A stretch of DNA of 64,000 bases, from NCBI RefSeq assembly GCF_964355755.1, contig NC_092676.1, positions 27,236,871-27,300,870 on the forward strand. The letters run 5' to 3'. Positions 13,845 through 26,300 of this stretch are shown piece by piece; positions within the stretch are counted from its first letter, which is position 1; each line of letters starts with the position of its first letter. The notes beneath the pieces are model-generated. The model had not been told where the DNA came from. It ran no database searches and saw only the letters and a program-made list of their open reading frames with translations. Source of the stretch: Antedon mediterranea. Lineage: Eukaryota; Animalia; Echinodermata. A program made the position numbers and the translations under genes.

Positions 13845-14165
13845 TTAAAGATGTATTCTCACCCTGAAAAAAATAATTTGTAAACATTTTTTGTTGAATA
13901 TGTCATTTTAATGTCATATAATAGTTATCCACTTTGACCAAAAAATTGGATCGAAACAAACAATTTGAAATCTGAAAAAAACTGTAATTTAAAGCAAAAA
14001 ATAGTCAAATTAGCTGTCAGCCAATGGGTTTTTGGTTGAACTCATTTCATAAGTGAAAACATTTTTTTTTCTACGAAGGTGCGATATAAAACTACAAAAT
14101 AGCCTATTCAAAGTCTGATTTTATTAATCTTCATTTTTCATGTTTTTTGGGGACAACACATCTTT
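13845..14165. mobile_element. TTAA MITE family E
   Basis: TTAAAGATGTATT ... ACAACACATCTTT inverted termini. Confidence 0.8.
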
Positions 14166-15031
14166 GTCATTTATCATTCTTTAAATTAATAAATGTTAAA
14201 AATAAGTAAATGGTGTTTGGGTTTGGATTCGAATCTGACCTACAACAAATAAAAACTACATAGACCTATTCGCACTATGCTATTTAACTGTTCGTAGGCC
14301 ATATAATACATTAGTTGTAACTTCAAGTCAAGAAAATATTTTGTTGTACTGTTTCCACAATTGGTGGTCTATTAATTGTCTTTATATGTTTGTGGAATTT
14401 TTTTTAAATTTAAAAACATGCTTATAACCACCAAGATGACGTAGTTCAAACAGTACACAGTATGTAAAGACAATGCAACTTTACGAAACGTACGAACTGG
14501 CACGGTTTAGATCAAACAGCAAACATACGAAATAAGTAACCAACTAATTTGATATGAATGCAAGCTTTACAACAAATACACACAGGCCATGTCGCGTGTT
14601 TGTCTTTTGGTTTTCAGCATGTGTTTTTGGTCTATTCAGCGCGGTTGCATTACACTTGAGTTATAATGCATATCACGCCTATGGGCTAGCGCAAGTGCCA
14701 ACTTCATTGATCGACTGCTCTGCAAAATGTTTGTTGTTGTTTCAGGTGATTCAAACAGACGATATCCCAACAGCAGACGATATCCCAACAGCAGACTATA
14801 TTCACGATATAAGTCTGAAATTTAAGGCTATGTGTTGCCGAATTTGGTATGCAATGTCAACAAATACTACTTAAGTTTTGAAATTGGTATCTCTCCCATG
14901 TCGCCTTATATAAATACCAGCTGTAATACGTAATGCGTTTATGTTATATAATGTTTATAAAATGTTTAACCAATAGTTGGAATATAATGTTCAGGGAATG
15001 TAAGTGAAAAGAAAGAGAATAGCTCTCGTTT

Positions 15032-15212
15032 AAGCGTGTTTCCCACTAGAACGTAACGCAAGGACGTAAACGCAACGCAAGCGTTTTAACCAATGACAAG
15101 CGAAGTTATAGACAGTTAGCAATCACAAGCGAATAAGCCATCGCTTGTGATTGGTCAATTCATTTGCGTTGCGTTACGTCCTTGCGTTGCGTCGCTAGTG
15201 GGAACCACGCTT
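15032..15212. mobile_element. MITE family B
   Basis: Nearly identical to 4667-4847. Confidence 0.9.
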
Positions 15213-15819
15213 TATATGATATAATAGTTAACGGTGCTAATGTTTTTTATGATTTATTTTATTTTTTTTGCATCTCATTAAAAATATACAACATTTATGA
15301 TACAAGATATATAAATATGTACAATTTCAATTAAAAAAAAAAACAATAAAAGAGATACAAGATATAATGTTCTCATATCTAAACTAAAACTAAATTGCTT
15401 TTATCAGCGAATTTTACTTTAAAGATGCAATTGCAATTTAAAGACGTAAGACGTTAATTATAAACAAAATTAAGTTTTTTTACATATCAACACACGAATT
15501 TTTTTTAAATACACCAGAGGGCAAAATGACGTCATTTTGAAGTTGATTGATTGGTTCTTTTTGAGAGGAAATTCACAAGAAAATATGATAAAGGCCCGGT
15601 AATTCTATATTTCCATAATAATCCGTTGTCTATTGTCTTCTGCACTGAAGCACGCGTCACTCGCAAAGGTTACGCCACTACAAAAGACAAGTCAAATATG
15701 CCTTCTAGCGAAGAGCTAATACCAGGCTCGCAGTAATTTACCCGTGTAGTCATCTTAAAATATGGTTTCATTTATTTGAAGAGAATTTGCATATAACATC
15801 ATCATGACCATCGTCAGTA

Positions 15820-16020
15820 AAGCGTGGTTCCCACTAGCGACGCAACGTAACGCAACGCTACGACGTATTGACGCAAAGTGCTGTATTGCGTAATCACAAG
15901 TGAGAACCGACGACGCAACAGTGCTGCAATCATCGCATCTTTGATTTCACGCAGGCGGAGACAAACTATTCGAAGCGCATTTTCTTATGTTGCGTTACGT
16001 TGCGTCGGTAGCAGGAACCA
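15820..16020. mobile_element. MITE family B subfamily
   Basis: Same termini; internal part shared in inverted orientation with 28743-28938. Confidence 0.8.
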
Positions 16021-16067
16021 ATCTCAAGACGTAATAATAAACGCGCGCACAACTGATGATAATTATG

Positions 16068-16203
16068 GCTACTATCACACTAGTTTGACAAAAAGTGTGA
16101 TATGTATATATAATATATAATGGTAGTGATATGACATCATTATGTCCATATTATGGGAACATCACATTTTTGTCACATAAAGTTTGCTAGTGTAGACAGA
16201 GCT
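16068..16203. mobile_element. MITE family A (degenerate left end)
   Basis: Right TIR and internal motif. Confidence 0.75.
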
Positions 16204-16719
16204 CTAGATGCTGTTTAAAACTTTTCACATGACGCACCGTGACTTTCGGTTCGGATATTATTTCTCATGTACGCGATTGTAGAAAAGGTTACGATTATGA
16301 TAGGATTGTCAAAAGCACGTAATTATTTAACTATAAAATCGATTTCTAACAAGAATTCGAAATTCTTTCATCTTGTACGATAAGATGAAGAACAATGGTT
16401 TCATCGATTAGGCACCAAATGTTGCTTTCTCACAAACACCTGATATAAAGCGATATACCGCAGAAATGTAAGCAAAGTCACACTTATTTGCAAAAAAACG
16501 AAGGTTACTGATTGCGATATAACAGCCTATTTATCGGTTATCAATTTTTATTTGGATAATAATAAGTATATAAATCAGCATCATTTAATTGTCAGATTAT
16601 TGATAAAATAATACCGTATAAGGTTATGACCATCATAAAACTAGATACTGATGCGCACGTGCGTGCAAAAATACATACATCTACGAACACATTATAGGAA
16701 ATGGAGGTTTGTATGCGTT

Positions 16720-16862
16720 AAACTTGGTTTCTTCTAGGACGCAACGCAAGGACGTAGACGCAACGCAGCGAGTTGACCAATCACAAGCGACAGTTCAAAT
16801 AATAAATCTCTTACGTTGCGTTATGTCGTTGTGTTGCGTCTCTAGTGAGATTAAGCCACGCA
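16720..16862. mobile_element. MITE family B
   Basis: Degenerate termini, TGACCAATCACAAGCGA core. Confidence 0.75.
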
Positions 16863-17572
16863 TTAGTAACACAATATTTTGCGCGTACGTATTATTATTT
16901 GTTGTACGCTTTTATATTTGGATAGCGCGCCATTTGATTGATATTAAATTAAGTTATTGTCGATACATACAAACAAATACAAGGTTATGATCTTAAAAAG
17001 ATAATATATGCAATTTGTGAAGTGTTTTTTATAGTTTGCTAATTCTTTATTATTTATTTAATCAATTTAAAGATGGCACAATATGGTCTTTGAAGATATT
17101 TTGTCAATATGTTATAGGTAAATTATTGTTTTTATTTTAAACAAACAAGTACAAATATTAATTAACGATTGCTTTTCAAGGTAAATTAATTGTTATTAAA
17201 AAAAATAAATGAAACACTCGATATGTTTGTACACTATACCCTTTTACTCTTTTTATGAGAAAAGAACTATAACACTATTTTGAATAACGATGTAGCAACA
17301 ATTGAAATCTTTATATAAGCACCAATTCGGTACACGTGACCGTAATGTAAAATATATAAAAAACTAGCGTTTTCTATTTACAATACTCTGTATCGTAATT
17401 ATTTAAATAACTTATGTTTCATCACAATTAATAAACCATAGAGATAATAGAATGTGTATGGTTGAAGCATGGAGCTTTTCTAATGTATAGCAGCTCTATG
17501 GTTGAAGAGTCATTCCAATAAACTTTTCTACCACGATAGAGGGAGCCCTAGTTGATAACGTTATTTTTTATA

Positions 17573-17731
17573 AAGCTTTGTTCTTATTCTCACTTGGACG
17601 CAACAACTTAGACGCAAGTTAGTTGACCAATTACAATCGACAGTTTCGATAATCCATCGCGTCGTGATTGGTCAAGTTGCTTGCGACGCTTACGTATGTA
17701 CTTGCGTTGCGTCAAATTAGGAACTAAGCTT
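17573..17731. mobile_element. MITE family B
   Basis: Degenerate termini and core. Confidence 0.7.
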
Positions 17732-17790
17732 TAGAATACAAAATGTGATGATGATAATGTTTGACATTAGTCCCATGGACTTGTGTCAAT

Positions 17791-17933
17791 CTCTGTTTAC
17801 ACCATGAGACTTTATGTGACAAAAACGTGTGATGTGCCCATATATAGACATGATGGTGTCATATTACTACCTTATTTGGGCAAATCACTACCATATTTGG
17901 GCACATCACATTTTTGATAGTGTAGACAGAGCT
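17791..17933. mobile_element. MITE family A
   Basis: TIRs and internal motif. Confidence 0.8.
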
Positions 17934-19747
17934 TTTGATTTATCGGTCTACTTTTAGCATATTCGGTGTGTCAGTATTATAGGCCTAACTTGTGTGAATA
18001 TAATGTCACATGATTATTATTTAGCAGAAAAAGTATGTCACGATAAGACAAATTAATTGTCAATCTATTTTGAAGACGAATTGATTTAAATGTCATGATT
18101 GACATGTTGCTAAATGTTACAGTTCAATTCTCTTCATTTTATAGTACAGTATAACATTTAGGCCTATTTTGTATTGAAATGTTTTTCTTAAACAAAATTG
18201 ATATAAAAATGGATATCAAATGTTATTTAAGACACACGAACATAGATTTAGCCTATTATAAAAATGAAACTATGTTCGTCTTACATAATAGAGAGTTCAT
18301 TGATGTAAAATGTTATTTAACACAGATTTAGCCTATTATATTAATTAAAAATGTTTTCGATGGGATATTCGACGTGATACAGTCGTGTTGGACACTGGGC
18401 AAACGAGAAGATAAAACAACTTTAATTTAATAGGAAAACATTATATCTTTAAAAGTTACTGAGAAATACATCTATAAATCGAAACTCAAATAATATTTAT
18501 TTAGGCACATAACAAAATACAATCAAACTTAACAACAATACAAACAAACTTAGATTGAACGGGGAAAATCTCCTAACCAATGGAAGTGAAAATCGAACTA
18601 AGAAATTGATCACTTCCTCTCAAACGATCTCAGTCCACGCTTAGCGTCTTGGAATCGCCGACTGGAGCACCACTTAACATGGTATTAGAGCTAAAACGTG
18701 ACCAGGCAAAGGACTATCGTTTATTTGACTTATAAATAATCTTAGAATACGGATCGATTTTTGAGGAATACACTCAAAACATCAAGAGTGTATACAACAT
18801 ACAGATGATGTGGATAGAACTATACAGAACTTGATAACAACATAGGAGAACACTATGATAACCCATGTAGTAACTATTTATTTAAACATTGTTTCTATAG
18901 TTAGGACCAAGTTCATTTTATAGTCATATAGTTAATTAATGGTTTTAAATTTATATAGCGCAAAATACAAATAGTCTCTATGCGCTAATTCTATAATAAT
19001 AATTTCTTTTCACGCAGAAGCTGTATGTATACTGCTATTGAGATTACTATAGACACACTGGGCTTCAATCCGCTACATATCGTCAACATACGATAGATCT
19101 ATAGAGTATAAAATACGGTATATTTAATGATAATACCGTATTTTATCACTTGTACATTGTGTCGTCATGTATGACAACGCGTAGTGACAGAGAGCAGAGT
19201 CACAAAAGGACCACGGGGGTCAAAGGGGTCCTTAAATAGAATGATATCATACTATCTACCCGTGGATTAAAAGCGACTGTCTTTATCATTAATATATCGT
19301 TAATTTTTTAATTTAAACGAATTATTAACTGTTGGACATTGTGTCGTCATTTGAAAAAAAGACCTAGAGTCAAAGTGGTCATTAATTAGAATAACATCCT
19401 ACTATCTAACTGCGTGGATTCCCTTAAAAACGACTGTCTTTATCATTATCATACCGTTAATTTTTTTTATTAAAACGAATTATTAACTGACAACTAAAAC
19501 TGTGGGCCTGACAGCAGATGATGACGTTAATATATACACTTGTTGTCGGATCCGTAAATTGCCATTATTACCGCCTCTATTATAATACACGTTTTACTTC
19601 ACGTATATTTACTTTGTATTACGTTTCAACTGCGGCTTCATTAATAATGTGCACAAGTGCAAGAGTGAGTTGTGTCATTTGTTATTCCTATACAAACAAG
19701 GTTATGAACGACGCAAAGGAGGCAGCCGGACACGCCAGTGTAGTATA

Positions 19748-19843
19748 AAGCTTGGTTCACACTAGCGACGCAGCGTAACGCAGAAGAAGGACACGCGAGT
19801 GTAGTATAGGCTAAAGCTTGGTTCCCACTAGCGACGCAACGTC
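19748..19843. mobile_element. Two tandem MITE family B terminal fragments
   Basis: aagcttggttc(a/c)cactagcgacgca occurs twice. Confidence 0.7.
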
Positions 19844-21839
19844 ACAAAAAAATGTGAGCCAGTGTTAGTTCACGATGCATTCATTGCTCTCTATAAACTC
19901 ATATTCCCACATAAAAAAAAAACGTGAATACGAATCGCGTCTTGTTACCAATGGTTACCACCTATGACGATCTTGATGAAATTCCTCTACCATTGTTGCA
20001 GAGCATTTCGTGCAGAACTAATGGCGCCTCATAGATAATTCATACTTATATTAATTTGAAAATACGACCCAGATATTGTAATCATTAGTAGGCGTTATAT
20101 GTCGTAAGCTTAACGATGGGCTACGGACATCAAACAGTTTGCCAAATCTATTGTTTGCCAACATCTTTCTTTTTATTGAGTTGTATTGTTTTTGCTTTGT
20201 GCCTTTGTTAGTTTAATCACTCTCGCTCGTGGACTTAAATTAAGTGAATAAATAGGCTAGGTTAAACAAACAGGCCCAATTATAGTATAGTTGTATTTGA
20301 AGGCATGGAATCAATTAAGTAAAAGAAAGCCGCCTTTGTGAAAATAAAAACGTTCTTAATATATGTTTTAAAACTTTGAATCAACCCGCAAAGTTTCGAC
20401 GAAGAACATTTATTTCTAATTCACTCTGATAATAATAAACCAATTTCCTCAAATAAAACTTATTATGGCTGTAACGACGAAGTGACGTATTTTATATCAT
20501 ATATATTAAAGCAGCGTTCCGCAACCTTTTTTGACTGCGATCCATTATCCTAATTTGGGGATTCTCGCGACCCAACATTGAGTATTTGAGCCACAGGCCT
20601 GTAGCAAAGCGAACTTTGTTGAATGACAACCCTAGATGGCGTGTTAAAGTACTTGTTTTAATTGTTTTTTTTTTATATTTATTGAGTTAATGGCTTATTT
20701 AATGTTGCTAAAATAAAAAAGTGAAGATCGCAAAACTATTATACTCTACAAAATAATAGGTCTAAAATGAGAAAAACTATCGTAACCAAACATCCTCACA
20801 ATTAAAACACCGGTAACCACATCGCATGCGTTACAAAAGAATGACTACTTCAATACAGTTTATTGTTTTTGAAATTTCTGTTTTATTGCGGTTATTATAT
20901 TATATGTACATTTATAGTTTTTTTTATTATTAATATATATTTATTATTACTTCACACAAACACTCTTTGAAACACGTACTGCGTGAACGCAATAATAGAA
21001 TTGTTATAAAAAAAATTTAAAAAAATAGAAATGTATTGTTTACGCGATACCTTGGAAACAATAATACGGACATCTGGATATTCATAAGGCCACCGGCTCC
21101 GAAGTTTGCTTGTTCAACCCGACCTAAACAATTCTAGTAACAGAGAAATATCGATTTTGGAATTTGGGCCTAAATATGCCTAATAAAATACTCTCGTGGC
21201 TACACTCAATGCTTTGTGTAGGTTTACAATAAAAAGCAGTTAACAGTTAGGCCTAGCGATCGAAATCTTCGATTTGTACTTCTGTAACACAAAAAGCCCC
21301 AGTCGGATGTAAAGAAACATAACATAAGTGGGCTGGTTTTACCGACAGTATTTTATGTAATGTGTAAGATGTGGATTTGACTGACGTTTATGTACAGGCT
21401 TAAAAGTTTAAACAGAGGCGCATGTCTACAATTTGTGGCGCTGATAAGATAGGTCTACTATAAAGCACTGTTCCAAAAATATGTAAATACCTAAAGGCTT
21501 TCGAACTACGTGATGGATACAAAACATCCTAATGATTGCCAATAACCTATTTTTGGTACATATCCCTTTTGGAAACCAATCAATTATGATCCTACCCCGA
21601 TAGGCCCACTGAAATATCCTGGACTCAACAAACAATAATCAATATATTTAGGCCTAAAAGTATTATTTAAATTTCGATTGTTAAAAATTGCCTTAGAGTT
21701 GTTTCTTATGATATCAATTCACAACATAGCATCCGCCACCCGTTTAGTCTGTGACGTAATAGTATCAATCCAACGTGCCCTTCATACAAGTGCCCTCAAT
21801 ACATGACTCTGTCTGTATGAATAACGCATGGACCTCTTT

Positions 21840-21975
21840 AAGCTTCGTTCTCACTAGGACGTAACGCATAGACGTAAACGCAACGCAAGCAACTTGACCA
21901 ATGACAACCGACAGTTTGAATAATCAATCGCTTGTGATTGGTCACGTCCTTGCGTCTCTAGTGGGAACCAAGCTT
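21840..21975. mobile_element. MITE family B
   Basis: TIRs and core. Confidence 0.85.
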
Positions 21976-23119
21976 CACTCATCATTATCAATTCGTCAAA
22001 ACGTATCAAACAGCCTAAATTCTACTTTGTAGTTGTTCGTTTAAAACGAATTATTACGCAGCTGGTGCAAGATACTCGTAGAGAATTTTAAATTAAATCA
22101 TCATTAATCATGAACAGCTTTCAAGGATAGCTGTCTTCACTTTAATTCCTTGTTAATTTTTGTTATAAATATCATGATATATACACTTTGTTTAGGTTTC
22201 CCCAGGAAATTTAATACTTAACTAGGCTTCCGTTCTGTTATAAACAAGACTGATTTGAAATGCAGGCCGTGCGCGTGTAGAGACGTGTTTGGAGGAGGTT
22301 CGGGGTACCCCCATCTTCTTTCCGATGGTCAGCTAAGCTGGACAACTTTTATATAAAGGAACATCTTTGATTCTTTTCCCATGAAAGAAGACCACTAAAA
22401 TTGTACCAAAATTGTACTTAGACGTATGCCCTATCTAAAACAATATTATCCCAAATAATCCTAATCATTTTCTTCGAAATGTATACCATATTATAAGCTA
22501 AACTAAATGCTGCATAGCCATCCCTTCTCCAATAATGTAGATTTTGCGTTTTTCATAAAGAAAAAAATATTAGATAGTTATAAAACAGTTATAACATAAT
22601 CAGTCTCTCTGAATTTTACCAACCCATTGTGCAAAAAAAAAAACATAGGACGTGTGACGATATAGAGGGCGGTATAGCTCTTTTTCTTGTTTACTGCACA
22701 GTATTTTTTGTTCTTTCGGTGCTCTCATTGAAATGTTTATAAGCATGTCATTTTTTTTCTTCTCCGTACTGATAAAAATATTGAGGTAGTACTAGTAGAT
22801 AAATCGGATAATAAAAATGATGTATTTATTTGGAAGCTATGCCTTTGAATATTGGCGCAAATGAATGGTAGGCCTAGTGGCTAGTGGTAGTGTTGCGGTT
22901 TTAATTGACAATTTGAATGATTTTTAAAATTGACATTTCAAGTTGCGCAAGAAAATGTGTTGCACAATTTGATACCTTAAAAAGTGAGTTAAAAATACTT
23001 ATATTTACAAAAAAACTTAAACTAAAGTATGTACAAAATATTAACAAGTACAGTGCAGCAGTCGGTAAACTTATTCCTCCACAAAGTACAACTGCAAGAT
23101 GTCAACGTTGAGGGCTCTA

Positions 23120-23160
23120 AACTTCCGCCACACTCCACTCTCTTTCTGCGACCCACGTGC
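23120..23160 (+). promoter_or_regulatory. Candidate MDN1 core promoter: ETS-like CTTCCG, pyrimidine TCT/TOP-like tract, E-box CACGTG
   Basis: acttccgcc at 23121, ctctctttct at about 23138-23147, CACGTG at 23154-23159, about 190 bp upstream of the ATG; TSS is inferred. Confidence 0.4.
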
Positions 23161-23346
23161 CCTCGACTAGAATTACAAGATTTTTGTGTTGGGTGTTGTT
23201 TGAGATTCACATATATTTCACACATTTTCATAGTTTACAGCGATGCTTTTGTTACTTGCGTAGGTGTAAGTGACGTTTAAGTGTTCATAGGAATGTTTCG
23301 TAGTAAATTATAGCGTTATTTTTTTTTGTAAATAAAAAAAATAGAG

Positions 23347-26300
23347 ATGGAAAATCTTCTGGTCGATGTCAGTGTGGCAGTGGACCGCGTGGTGTGCAAG
23401 CATGCTAGTGAATTCGACTCTCGGCCGATGAAACAAATCCTCGCGAAACAGGTATTTGAGCCTAAAGGGTTTCTCTTTATTTCTTACATATTCTAAAGAT
23501 AAATTTTTATTTTTAAACATCTTCGTATGTATATAAGTATGTTATAAAATTATTGACTAGTTACTAACGAAATAATAATATTTAATTATTTAAACTTTAG
23601 AAGAAACTTGTTGAACATGTGCTTTTTTAGGAGTGTTGAATTTGGGGATTTCGCAATGCGCCCTCATTATTCGGTGACGTTGACTTAGAATGTTGTATTC
23701 TGGGAAATTTAACCACTAAAATTGTGACACTTATAATTTAGGAAAAGACTAGTAACGCAAGTTTAATTTCAACAGATTTAACATTATCATGTGACAAACA
23801 ACATAAAAAAAGTTGACTCAAACAAAGGCAAAGAAAAGGGCTTTAATTTAAAACATTTATACCCATATATGTGCGCAGATTATAGATAGTATTCCTGCCA
23901 TCTCTCGCGCATGATATGCGAGTCTCTTGCATGAGGGCTGATTTTTTATGCCTCGTGCATACATGACTATTTCTCATGCATCAATAAAAATATTCAGAGA
24001 AAACATTATTTTTGAAATTAAATTGCCTAATTTTGGAGGAAAAAAATAGGACTACACATTGTTTAATTTCAGCATAATTAATCGGGAAAGCCTAACTCAA
24101 TTCAGCAAATTTTTTTTAACATACACGGCATATTTTGCAATTATTTGGGGTTATAACATAGAGGACGCTATATACAATTTAAATTTAATGTCTCGTGCAT
24201 TGGCTGAAAATGTTTAAAATACTATTTGTGTAATATAAACAGACATTGATGGATGAGATATTAAAAAATAAATTAGTGCCTCAAGTAATAGCAATGTTTC
24301 CAAAGTAGATTAGGTGCACAGCCTAAATTGTAGAGTTTATTTTAGGCTTCTAGCTTAATTTTATTCAAGCATCCAGTCAAGAAGCCTTTTCAGGGTGGAA
24401 CTTGGCAACTTGCCAGGAAAAGGTTGGAAAGTAGCTATACACAAGGTCACTGGGTGATAGTGTACACAGATTATGGTGTTAGTTTCTTCATAATATAGAT
24501 TCAAGTGTAACTTTTCCTTACAAGGGCCTAGCATAATAGGGGCCTAACATAGGGTATATTCTTTAGTAAGGTACTTCCATTCTTATCCTCTTTTGCAAAT
24601 GCCATTTAAAGTTCTAACTTATATTTATGCCTGCCTAAGGGTTATAATGTATGTTCTATTGTTTGTATTTTTAATGAACTTTGTATAGCTGAATGTCTAT
24701 GTTTCTGTCTTTGTTTACTGTTAGTGTTAGGCTAGTAAAAAAACTGTTAGCTGGTGCGCTAGTGAAATTGAGTATCAAGTTCCCACCATAATTTATCACA
24801 AATAGTACACCTAAACTATATAATTGATATAGTTCCGGTTAGCAACATAGGCAATGGAAACATAATATAAATTTAAATTATTTAAATACAGGTGTGGAGT
24901 AGTAATGACCGATATAAAGTTTTATCGACACTTTCCAATCTACTCGTAAATCCCAAGTGCTGCCTAACAATTGCTGAAAACTGCCGACCAATCATGCTCG
25001 ACCTTTTACATAGAGCAGCAGATAAAGTCATAAAACAAGAGTTTTCATTGGTCGATCATGAGTACTTGTGCATCAGTATTGGTCAACTTTTACCTATTCT
25101 TCCAGATACCTTTCAGTAAGTCTTGAATTTGTTTATGAAAATATTTAGATAAAAAATTAGTGAAATGAATTAATTTCTGTGGTTTTTATTTTCAATTGGT
25201 TTTTTACTTGTTTGTTTTTTATTTATAGATTTGCCTGCAAGTATTTTGATGTGGCACCATCGCCATTTGAAAGACTACTTTCTCCAGATAAACTTCAAAC
25301 AGTAAGTGATTTACTTATTTCCTTCGAAATTTAGTTCAAAGTCTGTTGAATTTTGTGATATTTTGTCATATTACATTATAATTAAGCTCATTTTAACATT
25401 GATTGCTCATTTTTTATGAAATATTTGTTAAATTTTAATATAAATTTAAAGGAAAATTACTAAAAAATGACAATGCAGTAGGTATCAGTGGCTGTATTTT
25501 TAATGGAGATCCAATAAAATAAGCAAAAAGCTAATAAAAAAGTAAAAGTAAAACAAAAAGTTAACTTTAGTTTTCAGGAAACACTAGCCCTTCATCAGGT
25601 AAGCCCTTCATCAAGTAGTACTTGGGACAAAATTGAGAATATGAAGCAGACAAATTTTGATGGAATTTTTGCATTACCGTATCAATTGAAAAAAAAAAAA
25701 AAAAACCATTATTACTTGTTAGCATACCTAACCAAACATGAATGCTTGTTTGTGTTTGACCACTTACACTCTTCCCTGTAATCGGGCCACGAAGTTGTTT
25801 GATCCTTAAAATTGTTTGTTTTCAATTAGTAACTTAAGATTCATCAAAAACGTTAAACTGCATAGCAACGGCTTTCTGTCTACAGTGAGAGTATCATAAT
25901 ACATTTGATGTGATTGCATTTGCTTGTTCTAAATGCTTAAACATTAGTTACGAGAATATAATATAGTTTAGTTACATTAGTGATGCATCACCAACAACAT
26001 GAAATGTGATTTCCTCTGACACTTATAAAATTGTCTTGGGTTAGAAATTAAGTTACCTATTTTTCTTAGGGTTGTAGAATGTTAATTCCTTGTTCTAAAT
26101 ACTTAAACATTACCTACGAGACGTAATATATAGTGTAGTTAAATTTGTGATGCATCACCAACAAAATGTGATTTCCTCCGACACTTGTGAAGTCATCTTG
26201 GGCTAGAAATTAAGTTGCTTATTTTTCTTAGAGTTGTGGAATGTTGACCGGCCAAGACCTGGCATCTATTAGCATACCTGCTGCTTGGGTTGCTTGGATA

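Noticed and set aside
14746-14874. Acceptor plus ORF with 18-bp repeat (DDIPTA)
   Set aside because: Isolated, with no partner exon or homology; likely a small tandem repeat.
18375-18692. TG...CA segment followed by PBS-like TGGTATTAGAGC
   Set aside because: No TSD, no second LTR or internal ORF, and orientation cues conflict.
1-23300. Short ORFs in the upstream region
   Set aside because: They overlap MITEs, SINEs or AT-rich DNA; no recognisable domain or consistent exon chain.
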